NCBI RefSeq assembly: GCF_006345805.1
Contig: NC_043012.1
Span: 5,084,001-5,148,000 of the forward strand
Direction of reading: 5' to 3'
DNA: 64,000 bases
Source: Octopus sinensis
Lineage: Eukaryota
The notes under the pieces were generated by a model that saw nothing but the letters and a program-made list of their open reading frames with translations, did no database searches and was not told the DNA's origin. This document shows, in pieces, positions 13,616 to 30,984 of the stretch. Positions within the stretch are counted from its first letter, which is position 1. Every line of letters begins with the position of its first letter. Made by a program: the position numbers and the translations under genes.

Positions 13616-13989
13616 AAAGCAGAATTTTACGTAAGTTATGAGACCTCTTTTGTTATATGTGCTGTTTAATTTGATTTGAGTGTAATTTGGAATATGGAGT
13701 GTTCTTCATTGACGCATTAAAAATAATTTATCGTTAATGTAATTGCCAAGTATAATGATAAAAACATTGAATTAGCTAAAGATGTTTTGTAATGACTTTG
13801 ATGTTCTATTATGATATTTTAAAATGTATTTTGTGCGTGCATTCCAATGGCGTAAGGAAATAAAATAACAATGGGTTTTTTGTCTTTTCCATTGCTGCTA
13901 CCGTTGTTGTTGTTTCGTGAATGTGGGGTGTTTCCATGAAGTATTTGATAAACTGGGTGGTTCTATTTCTTTTGTTGTACTTTGTAAAT

Positions 13990-14170
13990 TTTGAAAATTG
14001 ATTTTCGGTATTTACGAAGCTTCTTGTCTCGGTTCATTGAGAGCTGTAGCTTCTCTAATTTTCTGTTGACATTGTCACATGCTAGGAAAGATATTTCTGA
14101 GTGACAGAAATGTCTGATTTTCAAGACATGACTATGTCGTCTTTTTGGCTTGGTTTGGTATTTTCTGCAT
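13990..14170 (-). mobile_element. Possible very old PLE GIY-YIG remnant
   Basis: Minus strand gives EISFLACDNVN then, after a frameshift, KIREA, resembling the ILA.E.N..RKIREA motif; weak. Confidence 0.25.
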
Positions 14171-15189
14171 TCATTTATTCGGCGTATTAAATGATTTTAA
14201 AACAACTGGGGATAATTTGGCTCTCATGTCATGCAATTCCAATAACTATTAGAATCCTCCGTGTTGATATACCATGAAACAGAAGGTCATCATGATTTGA
14301 GCATCTTAACAAAATTTAAAATATCTAAGTATGAACGTGACACATAGATTATGTGGCTTTCATGTTTTTATAAATGGCCTTAGTCGACTGATTAGTTTAC
14401 TTAACCTGCTGTATTTTTGCTTTACCAATACATAATATAGAGATTATCCAAATAATTAGAGAAAATCTACCTATGTTGGATGATTAGAAACATGTAGTAA
14501 AATAAAGCCATTCACATTTTTAACCATAAAGGCTATTTATATAGAGAGAATCCTTTCGATTGCAGCCGACTCGTGACAGTGACGGGTATATTTAGCTACG
14601 ATTAGACTTCTTCAGGGAAAGACATTCTATTCTTGTTGGCAAGCCATAGATGTAAACAGTATATCAAGAAATAAGTGGGATTTTGTGGCGCTGATTCGAA
14701 ATATTAAAACTTTTGCAGAAGCGAAGAATTTTAGTGGGTCTTCTGTAAGCTAAATATACATTCATTATGATCGCGTATAATATGGTGACTTGGAAGTAAT
14801 AGATTAACTGATATTGTGCATGAAGTTAATTTATGATATCAATCTACTTGAGTGTATAAAATATAATCACGTGTGAGGGAATTAACTCCAGCAATATAAC
14901 GTTCTTTAATTTTGGAGGAAATAAAGTCGATATAATGAGAGTTGAGCTTGTATTTGAAACCAACTGACCAAGGAACAGCCATTTTAGAAGCGTCATCGTC
15001 ATCATAATTACTATTACTTTTAATATTACTACGACTACTACTATTACTACAACAACTACTACTACTACTACTATTAATGATAATAATAATAATAATGATA
15101 ATGATATTTTTAAAAAGGATTGACGTACTATTCACTAAGGTAAACAGTCAACTAATAAAATATCTGACAATCTAATCGCGCTCTTCGTC

Positions 15190-15205
15190 TAATAATAATA
15201 TAATA

Positions 15206-15239
<34 letters not shown>

Positions 15240-15287
15240 TAATATAATAATAATAATAATATAATAATAATAATAATGATAATGATC

Positions 15288-15322
<35 letters not shown>

Positions 15323-15493
15323 ATAAAATAATAATAATAATAATATATATAATAATAATATAATAATAATAATGATAATAAAATAATAATAATAATAATG
15401 ATAATGATATATATAATAATAATAATAATAATAAAATAATAATATAATAATAATAATATGATAATAATAATAATAATAATATAATATAATAAA

Positions 15494-15547
<54 letters not shown>

Positions 15548-15588
15548 TAATAATAATAAAATAATAATAATAAGATGATATAATAATA

Positions 15589-15640
<52 letters not shown>

Positions 15641-15709
15641 AATATAATAATATAATAATAATAATAATAATGATAATAATAATAATAATAATGAATAATA
15701 ATAATAATG

Positions 15710-15801
<92 letters not shown>
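15190..15801. repeat. Long (TAA)n array upstream of the R4/Dong element
   Basis: Direct reading. Confidence 0.97.
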
Positions 15802-17565
<1,764 letters not shown>

Positions 17566-17722
17566 ACAACTACTACAACTACGCCTGTTGTTGTCGTTGT
17601 TGCTGTTGTTGTTTTTGTTGTTGTTGTTGTTGTTGTTAGATCTTGCCAGAGGAACATATTCTATTTGGCAGCATTTGAAAGTGATTTAGTTAATATATAC
17701 ACAGTATATATATATATATATA

Positions 17723-17769
<47 letters not shown>

Positions 17770-18204
17770 TGTGTGTGTGTGTGTATGCGTGTATGTGCAT
17801 AGATGCCTATGTATAGATGAATGTATGTCTATAGATAGATAGACAGAGAAAGATAAAAAGATAGATTGATAGATAGATATTGAAAGAGATGTAATGTGGC
17901 GATGCGGATTAAGAATATCAACAATGTTATTCTAAAACCAAAATCAATTACATATAAATAAAAAGATATTTGAAATTGAGTTACAGAGTTTCAAATTTAT
18001 TATAAAAAATTCAAGTTCGGTGGTTTTGTAATTAAATAAATGTAAAGAAATTAGATACGAGAAAATAGAGATATTACAATAGCCACGCACGCATCTAACG
18101 TACATACACGCATGTATATATATATATACACCTTTATATATATTATATGTATATGGATATAAATATATATATATATATAATATTATATATATAATATTAT
18201 ATAG

Positions 18205-18279
<75 letters not shown>

Positions 18280-18377
18280 TATATAGAGAGAGAGATACAT
18301 ATATATTAGTGTGTATGTGTGCATATATATGAGAATATATGCAAATACGTATAGATATATATACATATATATAGACA

Positions 18378-18458
<81 letters not shown>

Positions 18459-18790
18459 ATACGTAATGAATATGTAGATATATCACAGACATATATATAT
18501 AATTATATATGAAGTTATGCATATATATATATATATATATATGTACATTCCCCCGTTCATACGAATAAAATATCCTTGACCCGACACGCTGTCTGGTTTT
18601 TTTAGTTCCAACGCAACAATAAAGTTCGCCAATGTTTGCTCCTCGTCAAGGAGTCTGTCCAGTTTTTTTAAAAAGAATGCTTAACTAAATATTTGGTGAA
18701 AAACAAAATTCCGATTTATAACGAAATATTATGAAGCTTCTTAAAAGCTCCCCTGCCAGTAACACACACACACACACTTACATAATTATA

Positions 18791-18833
<43 letters not shown>

Positions 18834-18899
18834 TATATACATATATATATATATACATATATACACATACACATTCATATAAGTGCATGAATATATATA

Positions 18900-18939
<40 letters not shown>

Positions 18940-18979
18940 CACACGCACATACACACACACACATATATATGTGTATATG

Positions 18980-19070
<91 letters not shown>

Positions 19071-19470
19071 GAGAGAGAGAGAAGTAGATATACATATATA
19101 TATATATATGTGTGATGTGTGCATATTTATGAAAATATATACATATACGTATAGATATATATGCTTTTATGTATACACGCACACGTATATATCATATGCG
19201 AAAGAACTGGTGAAAAACTAAGTTTGTAATCTAATAATTAGTATGCGAATATGAGCTGAATAACAAAATGAGATTGAATTAGAAACATTATGCTAAAAAT
19301 GAACAATACATTTTCTTGCCTGAATCTATAGTAACTGAACAAGAAAATAACAATAAATCGGAAAATTAATTTTGTCCATTCTAAGTAAATATAATGCGTA
19401 AAAACAATTGAATTCTTGAAAATAGAAACCTTGGAACGCATACCGAATTTTGTACATTAAAATACATTAA

Positions 19471-19687
19471 TTTCTTAATTGCCCACAGGGGGCTAAACAT
19501 AGAGGGGACAAACAAGGACAGACACAGCGATTGTATCGACCCTACAGCGTAACTTTTACTTAATTTATCGCCCCCGAAAGGATCAAAGGCAAAGTCGACC
19601 TCGGCGGAATTTGATCTCAGAACATAACGGCAGACGAAATACCGTTATGTATTTCGGCCGACGTGCTAACGATTCTGCCAGCTCGCA
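19471..19687 (-). mobile_element. SINE A, long-tail monomer
   Basis: Reverse complement of head plus core plus the TGTCCTTGTTTGTCCCCTCT..AGCCCC..GTGGGCA tail. Confidence 0.85.
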
Positions 19688-20019
19688 ACACGGTACGTTA
19701 CAATACATATCATTTTTCCGGTGCATCGATTTCCTAACCAGAACCGTTAAGAACCTCAGCTTTTGACCAACAAATGCATAAATTATATTGCTTATATAAA
19801 TAGTATCTATAACTATGTAGTTATTTATCTTTATGTATAGAGAGTGAAAGCAACTTACACGTCAGCCATTATAAGCGTGTAATTTATTTTTCCTACGCGT
19901 AATAATACAGACGCACATATAAGATATTAAACACCTACGTATCAATTATGTATGTATATAAATATGAGTGTACTTACATGCATACACACACACACACACA
20001 CCAGCACACACACACATAT

Positions 20020-20058
<39 letters not shown>

Positions 20059-20077
20059 GTATATATATGTATGTATG

Positions 20078-20111
<34 letters not shown>

Positions 20112-20291
20112 TGTATGTATGCATGTATGTATATGGTGTGTGTGTAGAAATAGATATATATAGAGAAATTTATAGTTGTAGGTACACACACGTATATACA
20201 TGTAAAAATGTAAGCATGTATGCCTCTCTTTACATAACTACATACGTGCATACATGTATACAGACAGACAGAAAAACAGACAGGCAGACAG

Positions 20292-20345
<54 letters not shown>

Positions 20346-21002
20346 TGAGAGAGAGAGCGAGAGTGATGTAGGTCAAGAAACAAGCTAAAACACCTATACA
20401 CACACGCGTTCAAACCCATGCACACAAACACATACACATGCATGGTTAATAGAAATGTGTGTGTATTTGTGTGCGTGTGTACATGTGTGTGAGACGCTTG
20501 CGTTTTTTGTGCATATTTGTGTATCTCGGTGTCTGCGCGTATATTTGAACCTCCGCGTATGTGTGTGTGTGTGTGTGTGTTTTTGTATGCATGTATGCGA
20601 GCGTGCATGTTAATGCACGGGAAATTGAGATTACACGCTCAAATTGGCTGTCGTTCATGATCGACAGGACGATCGACCTACCGAAGACGCACACCCACAA
20701 ATTTTTTTATATATATATATATATATATAACGCTCTGCAAACATCCGGTATTAATTCGTATTCTGCACACTTACGACTTTGTACCATGACCTATAAAAAC
20801 AAAATGCGTATATATGTGTGTTGTATATGTATATATTATATATATGTATATATATGCATATTTATATATATATATATGCATATTATATATATATATGCAT
20901 ATATATATATATACATATACATATATATATATGTATATATATATGTATGTATATATATATATGTATACATATACATATATACATACATATAAATAAATAT
21001 AC

Positions 21003-21052
<50 letters not shown>

Positions 21053-21286
21053 GATTCAGTAGGTTACTATGCCTGTAAGATTGTGAACTTGGTAGCCACC
21101 CTATTATACTATAAATAACGGTAAAAATAATGCTTTATTTATATATATATATATACATCCAAATATATTCTCACATAAATATACATATATATGCATATAT
21201 ATAATACACATACATATGTATGCATATATATATATATCCGAATATATACACACATATATATATATTATGCATACATATATGTGCAT

Positions 21287-21339
<53 letters not shown>

Positions 21340-21867
21340 ATATATATATATATATAATATATATATATATGATATATAATATATATATTATATATATGTA
21401 TATATATATATATATATAATATACCCATGCACGCATACATATGTGTCTACATAAATATTTTCATGTGTGTGTGCACTTATATGTTTGCATCTTTGCCTGT
21501 CTGTATGATTTTTTATCTAGGCGTGTATGTGTGTATACTACAAAAATCGGTCGAATTTATTATCTTAGTTTATATTCATTTAACGTTGATATCTTATCAG
21601 AAGTTATCAAAAACGTATCAAAAATGTTTGTATCCATTCTGCTATACATAAACATATTCACATGACTAAGTGTTCTAAAATATCTTCGATGTTCGTTGCC
21701 CGCCCTTAGCAATCTTATATAAATATAAAGCCAGCCCTTATCTTAGATATCGCGCCAAGCTAAACTTATTTTCAACGTTTTTATCGTTCAATCGTGAATA
21801 TTTAAGGAACTGCATACGCACATCACGCGCTCATCCATATTTATATACATAAGCATACATAATTGAA

Positions 21868-21909
<42 letters not shown>

Positions 21910-21978
21910 TATATATATACATCTGTGTGTGTGTGTATGTGTGTGCGTGCGTTTGTGTCTGAGTGTGCGTGTGTGCAT

Positions 21979-22024
<46 letters not shown>

Positions 22025-22242
22025 TAGATATGCATTATGCATGTATGTGTGTATGCACGTATACACACACACATATGTACATATAAGAATGAAAACACAT
22101 CGACCAAAGTCAATAGGATGTACACTGTGAATGTATTACGTTGATGCTCGGTTGAAGATGCGTATGTGACGTTTCAAAAAAGGTCACATGCATAAACACA
22201 CACATGTGTGTGGAAGGTATGTGTGTATGAATGTTTGCGCAT

Positions 22243-22290
<48 letters not shown>

Positions 22291-22433
22291 ATATATTATA
22301 TATATATATATTTATATATATATATATTATATGTATATATATATTAATATATATATATATATCTACATATTATATATATATATATATATTATATATTTTA
22401 TATACATATATATGTATGTATATACGAATCTCT

Positions 22434-22469
<36 letters not shown>

Positions 22470-23333
22470 GTGTGTGTGTGTGCATGTATGTGTGGATGTA
22501 TATATGAATTAATGCATGTTTGTAAACACTCATTTTAATTTAAAGCTAGTTCGATAACTTCAGCATCAACCAATATTCAATTTCTTATTAGCTTGAGGTT
22601 AACAGCGACTTCTAGGTTATCAGACCGTGACTTAATTTGGTATTATAACACTTATATAGTGTTTTATTTGCTGAGTCTTCATCTACTAAGTGAACGGTAG
22701 TATATTCAAGTTAGGTATGGTGTGAATGAATTCGTCGGGGAACAGATAATTGATTGAATAAAATGAAGGTATTGCCAAGGAGAGGGTGAAATTATAGTGT
22801 GAGCGGCGAGAGAAAAATACACTGAAGACGACCCTCCCGGATTTTACCATTCTTAAAAGTGTATAGGAATAAAATAAGTTGTAGAAAATAAATAATTTAG
22901 CTCTTACAGAATTTGAAACCACGGAGGTTCAATTTAATCTAATTTAATTTAATTTAATACACCCATTTTTTTTTTTACTGCTTTATTTTTCTACTGCTTT
23001 AAAAAAGATTTTTTTACTGCTTTAATTCTTTCTTTTGGGCTCGTCTGAGCATGACTTCTTCAACAAGAAAGCACACAACATTGTGTTAGCCTGGTACGCG
23101 ATGATGTCTGTCTCTCTATTTTTTCCCCTGACGAAGGAGTTATTATCGTGATGCACCCTAGTGCTTTATACACAATAATATACCCCTGAAATGGCCATAG
23201 GGAATGTAAATATGGTTTCCTCTTTTTTAACTATAAGGCCTCTCTTACTTGAAAAGTAATTTTATAAGATTTTCTAAACGATGAACTTTTATTTTATTTT
23301 ACATTATATATATTATATATTTTTTATATGCCT

Positions 23334-23376
<43 letters not shown>

Positions 23377-23681
23377 TTATATATTTTTTATATATCTATA
23401 TATTTATATATTACTTTATACTATATTTTTAGGTATTTACTTTCTAGGTGTTGTAATGTCTGTTTATTTTTTAATATATTTTTCTTAATCGCTAAAGTAT
23501 TAACTTTAAACCGTGATGAACTGTATTCACACATTTTTTCTCGCACTTTCTCATATGCTTGTACAAATGAGTTATGTTTCATCTCCCGTGATGTTTAAAT
23601 GTATATTCTATGATTAAATGTTCGAGTTATGAAATGTTATGTGGTTGACCTTGCATTTGTTTGTTCTATAACCTTAGTAAG

Positions 23682-23716
<35 letters not shown>

Positions 23717-23750
23717 ATATATATTCTTACAAACAAGTACAAACTCAAAG

Positions 23751-23769
<19 letters not shown>

Positions 23770-23798
<29 letters not shown>

Positions 23799-23910
23799 CT
23801 TTGAGTTTGTACTTGTCCCCCCACCATCTCTTGACAACCAATGTTGGTATCTTTATGTCCCCTAAATTTAGCGATTCGGCAAAAGAAACCGGTAGTATAA
23901 GTACTAGGCT
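23770..23910 (+). mobile_element. SINE B 3' half
   Basis: TTGTCCCCCCACCATCTCTTGACAACC..TTCGGCAAAAGAAACC..AAGTACTAGGCTTAC. Confidence 0.8.
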
Positions 23911-24115
23911 TACAAAAAATAATATATATATATATATGCATGTATGTATATATGTGTACGTATGAATGTATATATATTTATGTATGTATATATCTGTGTG
24001 TATATATATGCACGTATGTATATATATATATTTGTGTGTGTGTGCGTGTGTGTATATACATATATACACGAATGTACATGTATGTATACGTATACATATG
24101 CATGTTTGTGATTGC

Positions 24116-24171
<56 letters not shown>

Positions 24172-24463
24172 CGAGAGAGAGAGAGGGGGGAGAGAGAGAT
24201 GCCTAAGTGTATGTATGTATGTATACACACACTCAGGTATATTGAATGCAATACATGCAAAGCTGACGAGGAAGTAAATCCGAGTGAGATCTAATATAAT
24301 GTCTACACGAATAAGACAGGCGTCATGGAGAGCTTTGTGCTTGAATTTCCTGATGCGAAAGCAAATGATGGTACAGTTTCGTTAAGAGATGTTTGACAGA
24401 TTTCTCGCAGGAGGCTTTTGGCATAGTTTAATAAGAACGAAAGAGACAGAAAAAGATATGTAT

Positions 24464-24526
<63 letters not shown>

Positions 24527-25187
24527 GAGAAGGAGGAGGATGCTGGAGTTAAAATTTCTATTTCTAGATATGTTATCTAGGGCTGTTTGCCAACAACGTA
24601 ACAACTTTTTAGAACCGAACACGCGCCAATACATACACATAGATTACAAAATGTATATACATATATATATAACTATATGTCTATGTGTGTGTATCTGTGT
24701 GTGCATGTGTGTATCTATGCATATATGTGCTTTGTGTGTCTGTGTATAATTACGTACGAATATCTACATCAATATTTTATGTAAAAAATATATGCATATT
24801 AGTGTAATATATATGTATACCAACACACACACACGCATATATATATATATAGTACATGTAGACATGTGTATGTGTGTGTGTGTGTATTATAAGGTATCTA
24901 TTCATATATGATTAGTGTAGCTGCTATCAATTTCAAACATGTTTGTATCTCAGTCCGTCATCATAGTATGTCGACAATAATATTTTCATTAACAAGATTT
25001 CAGTCGATAATATATACATAATATATGTGTGTGTGCGTATATATATATATAAATATATATATATATATGATATATGCACACACACATACACATATATATA
25101 GAGAGATTCATATATACATACATACATATATATATACTTATATATATGTATATATAAATATATATATACATATATGTATATACATAC

Positions 25188-25218
<31 letters not shown>

Positions 25219-25756
25219 CATGTGTGTGTGTGGTGTGTGTGTGTGTGTGCAAGATAAATAACTTTCTGTCTTGTGTATGTGTATGTCCGCTTTGCAGGGA
25301 ATGAATTTTTGGCGAAAACATAATTTGCCTAAAAACATTTTCAACACAAACCAAAAAGAGATATATAAAATTTCCTTGACTTCCAAAAATTGGTAAAAGA
25401 AAAATGGATAAAACAAGATTCTGTTTTCTTCAAAGAAAATACAATTGCTATAGATATTTTTCTTATTTATTAATTAAAGAAATAATTTTTTTTTTCAGCG
25501 TAATAAATTATATATTTTGCAACTTAAAACTCTGAAACAAGAAACACATTTTTCATGATATCTTAAAATATCTGAATATTTGGTAAATAATGGTAAATAA
25601 TGATATTTGCCATGGACGAATATGTGCTATATATATATTTTTTTTTTTTCTTCTTTCCCTTCGAAGTTTATCCCTAATAGTGGTTTGAATTTTGGCTGTT
25701 CCTTCTAGCATGCCAGGAATCCTATGATGGATACCTCTTATGTGTTTAAATGTACA

Positions 25757-25794
<38 letters not shown>

Positions 25795-25821
25795 CGAGAA
25801 AGGGCATACATGCATACATAC

Positions 25822-26397
25822 ATAGGAATACTTCTGGAATGTACCAGTGAAGACCTCAATAAAATGTAAACGCAACAGATTTGATATAATGATTTGGAAT
25901 AGAGAAGAGAAACTGCACACAGTTGTAGAAATTAGTTGCCTAGCGGATGCTAACATAAAGCTGAAGATAAGAGACTGCAGTTACTTTATCCAGATTACAG
26001 GTTCAGGTTTATACCTGTAATTATTGGGGCCATGGGATATGTAACACACTGCCTAAGTACCAATCTTGAGAAATTAGGCTTCTTAAAACCAGAAAGGAGA
26101 AAGCTAATTCAAAGACTACAGATCCAATCCATCACAGGAACTGTGAAAATCTGTAAAACTTTCCAGAAGTTAATCATTTATATATATATGAGCATGTCTA
26201 GATATGTAACTATATAACTATATGCAAAGGAATACATACATAAAACATACAAATCTGCACACGCATGCATGCATACATACGAACAAAAATACCTTATTGT
26301 TGATCTTGAAATTCCAATGAAGGAGTCTTGGATCTAGGTTAGAAAACGGATCTTTCTCTATTGGCAAGAAATCTTGAAATTAAACTGAACAATGACA
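25822..26397 (+). mobile_element. 3' end of a second RLE-type (R4/R2-like) non-LTR family
   Basis: EYFWNVPVKTSIKCKRNRFDIMIWNREEKLHTVVEISC.AD.NI, then LQLLYPDYRFRFIPVIIGAMG..RLQIQSITGTVKICKTF; 3' boundary uncertain. Confidence 0.7.
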
Positions 26398-28112
26398 TCC
26401 CAAAGATGGAGCCTCGTATCTCTGTTGGAAATTGGCTCCCTTCTCAAGGGAAGATTTATCACAATTAAAAATAGAAGACACACACACATACATACATACA
26501 TACATACATACATACATTCATACATACATACATACATACATACATACATACATACATACATGCAGGCATAAATGCATAAATACATACATGCGTAAATACA
26601 TACATACAGCGGATGTGAATATCTCTTTGATTTTTCAAAGAGAAAGAAGATAACTATGGACAACTGCTTTCAAACCTCCAGTTTCTATATATTTGCATTT
26701 TTCCAATAATAATTGAAACACTTGTTTTTGTATATAAATGTCTGTCAGTCTGAAATAGCTTGAATTTTCAGTAAACGAAATCAACCAACTGACTCACAAC
26801 AGTACAAATACAATCCGTAAGTGGAACAATAAATCTATGCAAGACTTCTCTCGGGTTTAAGATATGACATTGTTTTCGTTATCTTCATTCCAGTGATGGA
26901 GCTTTGTGTCTTTGTTGGAAACTAGCACTTTCTTCAAAGAAACACACATACATACACAGATGTGAGTGTTTGTTAGCTTTATCGATAAAAGTGCATAGAA
27001 CTAGAATTCTTGTGTAATTTTGGTTTGTTTTTCTTTTCTTTCCTATATGTCAAAGAGGACATAAGAAATCAATGAATAAAGATATTTAAAATATATATTG
27101 CATAGTTTCTACAATATATAAATCATGTAGATAAACAGCCTTTGGTTGTAGGCAGGAAATGGAACTCTCTATGTGTTAAAACAACTTTAATGAACAACAG
27201 CTGCTTGTTTCATTCTTACAAAGCAAAATCTCTCCATTTTGAAAAGAAGTTGTACAGTGAAACACGTCTTAGAATTATGTTTTTAAAAATACGATGTTAC
27301 AAACATGTTCATATGGTGTTCCTGTAAAGCCGATTTCCAGAAGATTGAAATCAGTAAATGAACAACAGATTGAAAGAATAATGCGATTATCTTGGGAATA
27401 ATTTTTATTACAAAATACTGTATGAACGGAAAGTCATTGGAAGATATTGTTGCTTCCTATTAAGGTTATGCTGCGCTGATGAGATTTATATGGCCGGAAT
27501 GTGTACAGTGTAGTTTTGGAGCTTAACAAAATCAGACCCTTTCTACATTACGTATTTTCATTTAATTTTTGTTCGTCAAGAGAGAGGCGGAGAGAGAGCG
27601 GGAGAGAGGGTATAGAGAAAGAGAAACAAATAAATAATGAGAGAGAGTGAGAAATAGAGAGAGGGAATAGATAAATAAAGAGAGAGATAAAGACAAGGGA
27701 GAGAGAGGGAGAAAAAGAGAAATAGAGAAGCAGAAAGACAAGCAGATAAATAGGTAAATAAGCTCCTTAGGAAATATCTGGGTTTAAATTCTCCCTATGA
27801 TACTGAGAAATGTATGAACATCACACATTCACGTATTGCTTGTCTTTTAATTAGACACTTTGGGCTAAGTCACCTGTGATTGGATCCTCGTAATATACAA
27901 CTCGATGGAGTTTGGCAGGCACCAGATAACATTGCGAAATATAATTCACATAATTAATTTGGGATACAAAACAGCCCTCACACATTCTAACTTCGATAAA
28001 TCGAACGCTCCCGATCAAAGTGTTCAATCGACTTATTCTTCATGCATCAAAAATTAGTTTCTTTCCTTTTAACACAATCACATATGTGTAGATGGAACAT
28101 ATTTCTTGCTGA

Positions 28113-28290
28113 TAAGGCAGTGAGCTGACAGAAGTGTTAGCACGCCGGTCGAAATGCTTAGTAGTACTTCGTCCGTCTCAGTTCAAATTCCGCCGAGATC
28201 GACTTTGTCTTTCATCCTTTCGAGGTCGATAAATTAATTACCAGTTGAACATTAGGGGTCGATGTAATCGATATTCCCTCCTAACTCAAC
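28113..28290 (+). mobile_element. SINE A copy
   Basis: AAGGCAGTGAGCTGACAGAA head, CAGTTCAAATTCC B box, family core. Confidence 0.85.
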
Positions 28291-28984
28291 AGGGATCAAA
28301 AACTAAAATCAAGGACCATTCCAGCCGTGTCTATCCTGTCATTCGACAACTTAATTATTTGATGTGTTCTTCGTTTTTAAATATTTCCACGTGATTTTAG
28401 GATCATTCGTTGATATTGTTGTACAGCTCCAGTTCAACATGGACCAAGTAGACCTAAGTTCCAACAGTACTTCAATCGCGATCATCCGACCAGTCTGCAG
28501 CTGCATCATCTAAACTGTTTTTCCTTTCTCTTATTACCACGTGATTTTAGAGGAATTTGCTGATGGTTTTGCATAACTTTAGGTCAGTACGAATCCAATA
28601 GACCTGAATAGAACGGGTGATCCAGTTGTGCCCAACCTATTATTCTAGAGCTATATTATTTAATGTGTCCCTTCGTTTTTATGGTTACCATGTCAATATA
28701 GAGTATTCTGTCTGTTATTCCCAGTCGAACAAACCACTGCATCGAGGCTCTCTCTTTGACTCGTGACATAAATCTTTATATCGATTAAACAATTGTTAAT
28801 CATTTCACTGACACCAAAGTGAGGAAAGTCGATCCATATGGGTTTTAAGTACACAAGAATAGGTTTTGAGCACACAACAATGAAATACTGTTTGATATTC
28901 AAAGACGAACAGTACACTTTCAGCTCTGCTATTACTTTACTCTGTCGTGAAACGAAACTGCAAAGGGAACTCACCAGTGATCGC

Positions 28985-29120
28985 GTATGCAGTTAGAAGA
29001 AGCAGACAAATCTCTCTTAAATTACACAGAAGAATCTTGAGAAAAAAAATTACGCATTGATTAATGTCGTCAAAGATACCATCAGGAGAAGAGATGGGAT
29101 TTTCCAGATTTGAACTCCTT
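28985..29120 (-). repeat. Old interspersed repeat family D (related pieces at about 28300-28700, 30670-30850, 36690-36880)
   Basis: Reverse complement aligns loosely with 36750-36840 (CATCCC..TTAA.CAATG..TTGAGGG.GATTTGGCTGC); class unknown. Confidence 0.45.
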
Positions 29121-29269
29121 TGGTCATAGTTCTCTTGATCATTATTGATATGTGACTAAACAACCATCTGACAATCAATCAATCGAACCCTACTGTAAAA
29201 TAAAAGCTTCCCTTTATCTCTTCATAGCGTTGGGGTTTGACTGGCCTACCATCAATTTTTGCCAAAGCT

Positions 29270-29345
29270 ATTTAATTCGTCCCACCATCATATTCTACCA
29301 TCTTGTTCGTTGTCATCCTGTCTTCCTTTTGCCTTTTCTCTGAAT
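29270..29345 (-). mobile_element. Decayed RTE-clade LINE C-terminal fragment
   Basis: Minus translation GKRKTG*QRTRW*NMM resembles the RTE motif GKRRRGRQR.RW.D.I. Confidence 0.4.
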
Positions 29346-30379
29346 CTAGTTTGTCAAGTTTTTCATCCATCATTTTTATACTTCCTTTTAACGTGTCTAG
29401 CTCAACTCTTTTTCAATAATTTTATGGATTTCACCGTTCAAAATTCAACGGAATTATCGACAATAACTCGTAAAATAATTCCTTGTATCTTTAGCAGAAA
29501 ATAAGAAAGAAAATACGTTTGACAAAGAGATACAGACGACTTTATTGAATCCATTAGAATTTAATTCCAAATCTCCCGGATCCAGACTCAGAACCTAAAG
29601 AGGCTCAACTATATGCATAATGGCTTTTATTTGACACTTAGGGATTCCCCTAATTCACTCCCCTTTATTCTCCTATAAATTATTGGAAGCCATGATCCTA
29701 GTAAAAGTGAATCAATAAATATAAAGCAATATATTTCACAAGAAATTGCAATTATTGATTAATTTTAGACACAAAGCCAGAGATTATATTCAGAAAAGTA
29801 TGACAATGCGAGTTTCAAGAGTCAGCAATTTAATTGGTTTGGTTTCAAGGAGACGAAAACTTTGGTGCCAAATTGGTTTACTGAAATCTTACTTCTGAAT
29901 GTCTGATAATTGTACACCCAAAAGTTCATTATTAAAAGGCTATCGGAAGACGATAGGATGGCAAAATTGTTAGGACATTGGATAAAACTGCAATGGATTC
30001 AATGAATTTATTTACGGTTCTTTGTGTTCTGAGTTCACTTACCGCAGAGGCATATATGATGCTGGAATCGATGATACGAAACAAAATAGCAAGCACTTGG
30101 TTGATTTAATCAACGGCCTCCGCCTCTTCTCCTTACAAAATCTTGTGACTTTATCCTTTTCATAGAAATTTTTGTGGAGGATCGGAGTAACAGAAGCAAT
30201 AGAATGTTGAGCACAATGATGTAGTTATATTATTGCACCTGACAAAACTTAATTTCTGAGCTCAAATTATGACGAATTTCAAATTGACTTCCATCATTCA
30301 GGTATCGATAAACTATATAAATTAGTTTACAAATTGGTTTAGAGGGTATAATCGACTATTCCACGCCTTCAATATTCCT

Positions 30380-30570
30380 GGTCCTTTTAGCGGCAATCCG
30401 TCTGTCTTTATGTTTTGGGTCAAATTTTGCCGAGGTCGACTTTGTCATTTATCCTTTCGGTGCCGATAAGATGAGTACCAGTGGAACACTGGGGTCGATG
30501 TAATCAACTTAACCCAACCCCAACGCCGAAATTTCTGGCCTTGTGTCCAAAATTTGAAACCAATGTTCCT
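30380..30570 (+). mobile_element. SINE A copy, head decayed
   Basis: CCGAGGTCGACTTTG core and GGCCTTGTGTCCAAAATTTGAAACC tail. Confidence 0.8.
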
Positions 30571-30984
30571 CGCCCTTGTACCTGTATGAATAACAATTTA
30601 CATGAAGTGGTTGGTGTCGTTATTGTTGATGATAAAGATGATGATGATGATGATGATGATGTTGTTGTAGTTGGTGTTTGGCCCCAGTCCAACTTTAATC
30701 AAGCTTGCCTATAATCACGCGCTGTACACGTGTGATGACCGTCTTCATCTATGCATATGTTTCAGTATATATTGCCTAAAAACATCAGACCACGATTTGA
30801 AGGAGTCTCTGCTTCTATTTCTACAAGTTTGATCGACGGAGTAAAGAATCCGTCGCTCGTTCATCTTTGAACAGAGTAGCAGGGACGGTGGAGAGCCGAA
30901 AAAATGCCTTCCGGGTATTCAGTTGCGTCCCTTTATTTCCTGAATTCGAATCCTATTCTGGTAATAGGCATGATGCGTGATTTG

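Noticed and set aside
18545-18682. 46-codon minus-strand open frame LKKLDRLLDEEQTLANFIVALELKK
   Set aside because: No credible acceptor and no recognisable family.
24263-24295. CTGACGA-GGA(agtaaa)TCC-GAGT hammerhead-like string; similar partial matches near 14610 and 23128
   Set aside because: GAAA missing and no stem I.
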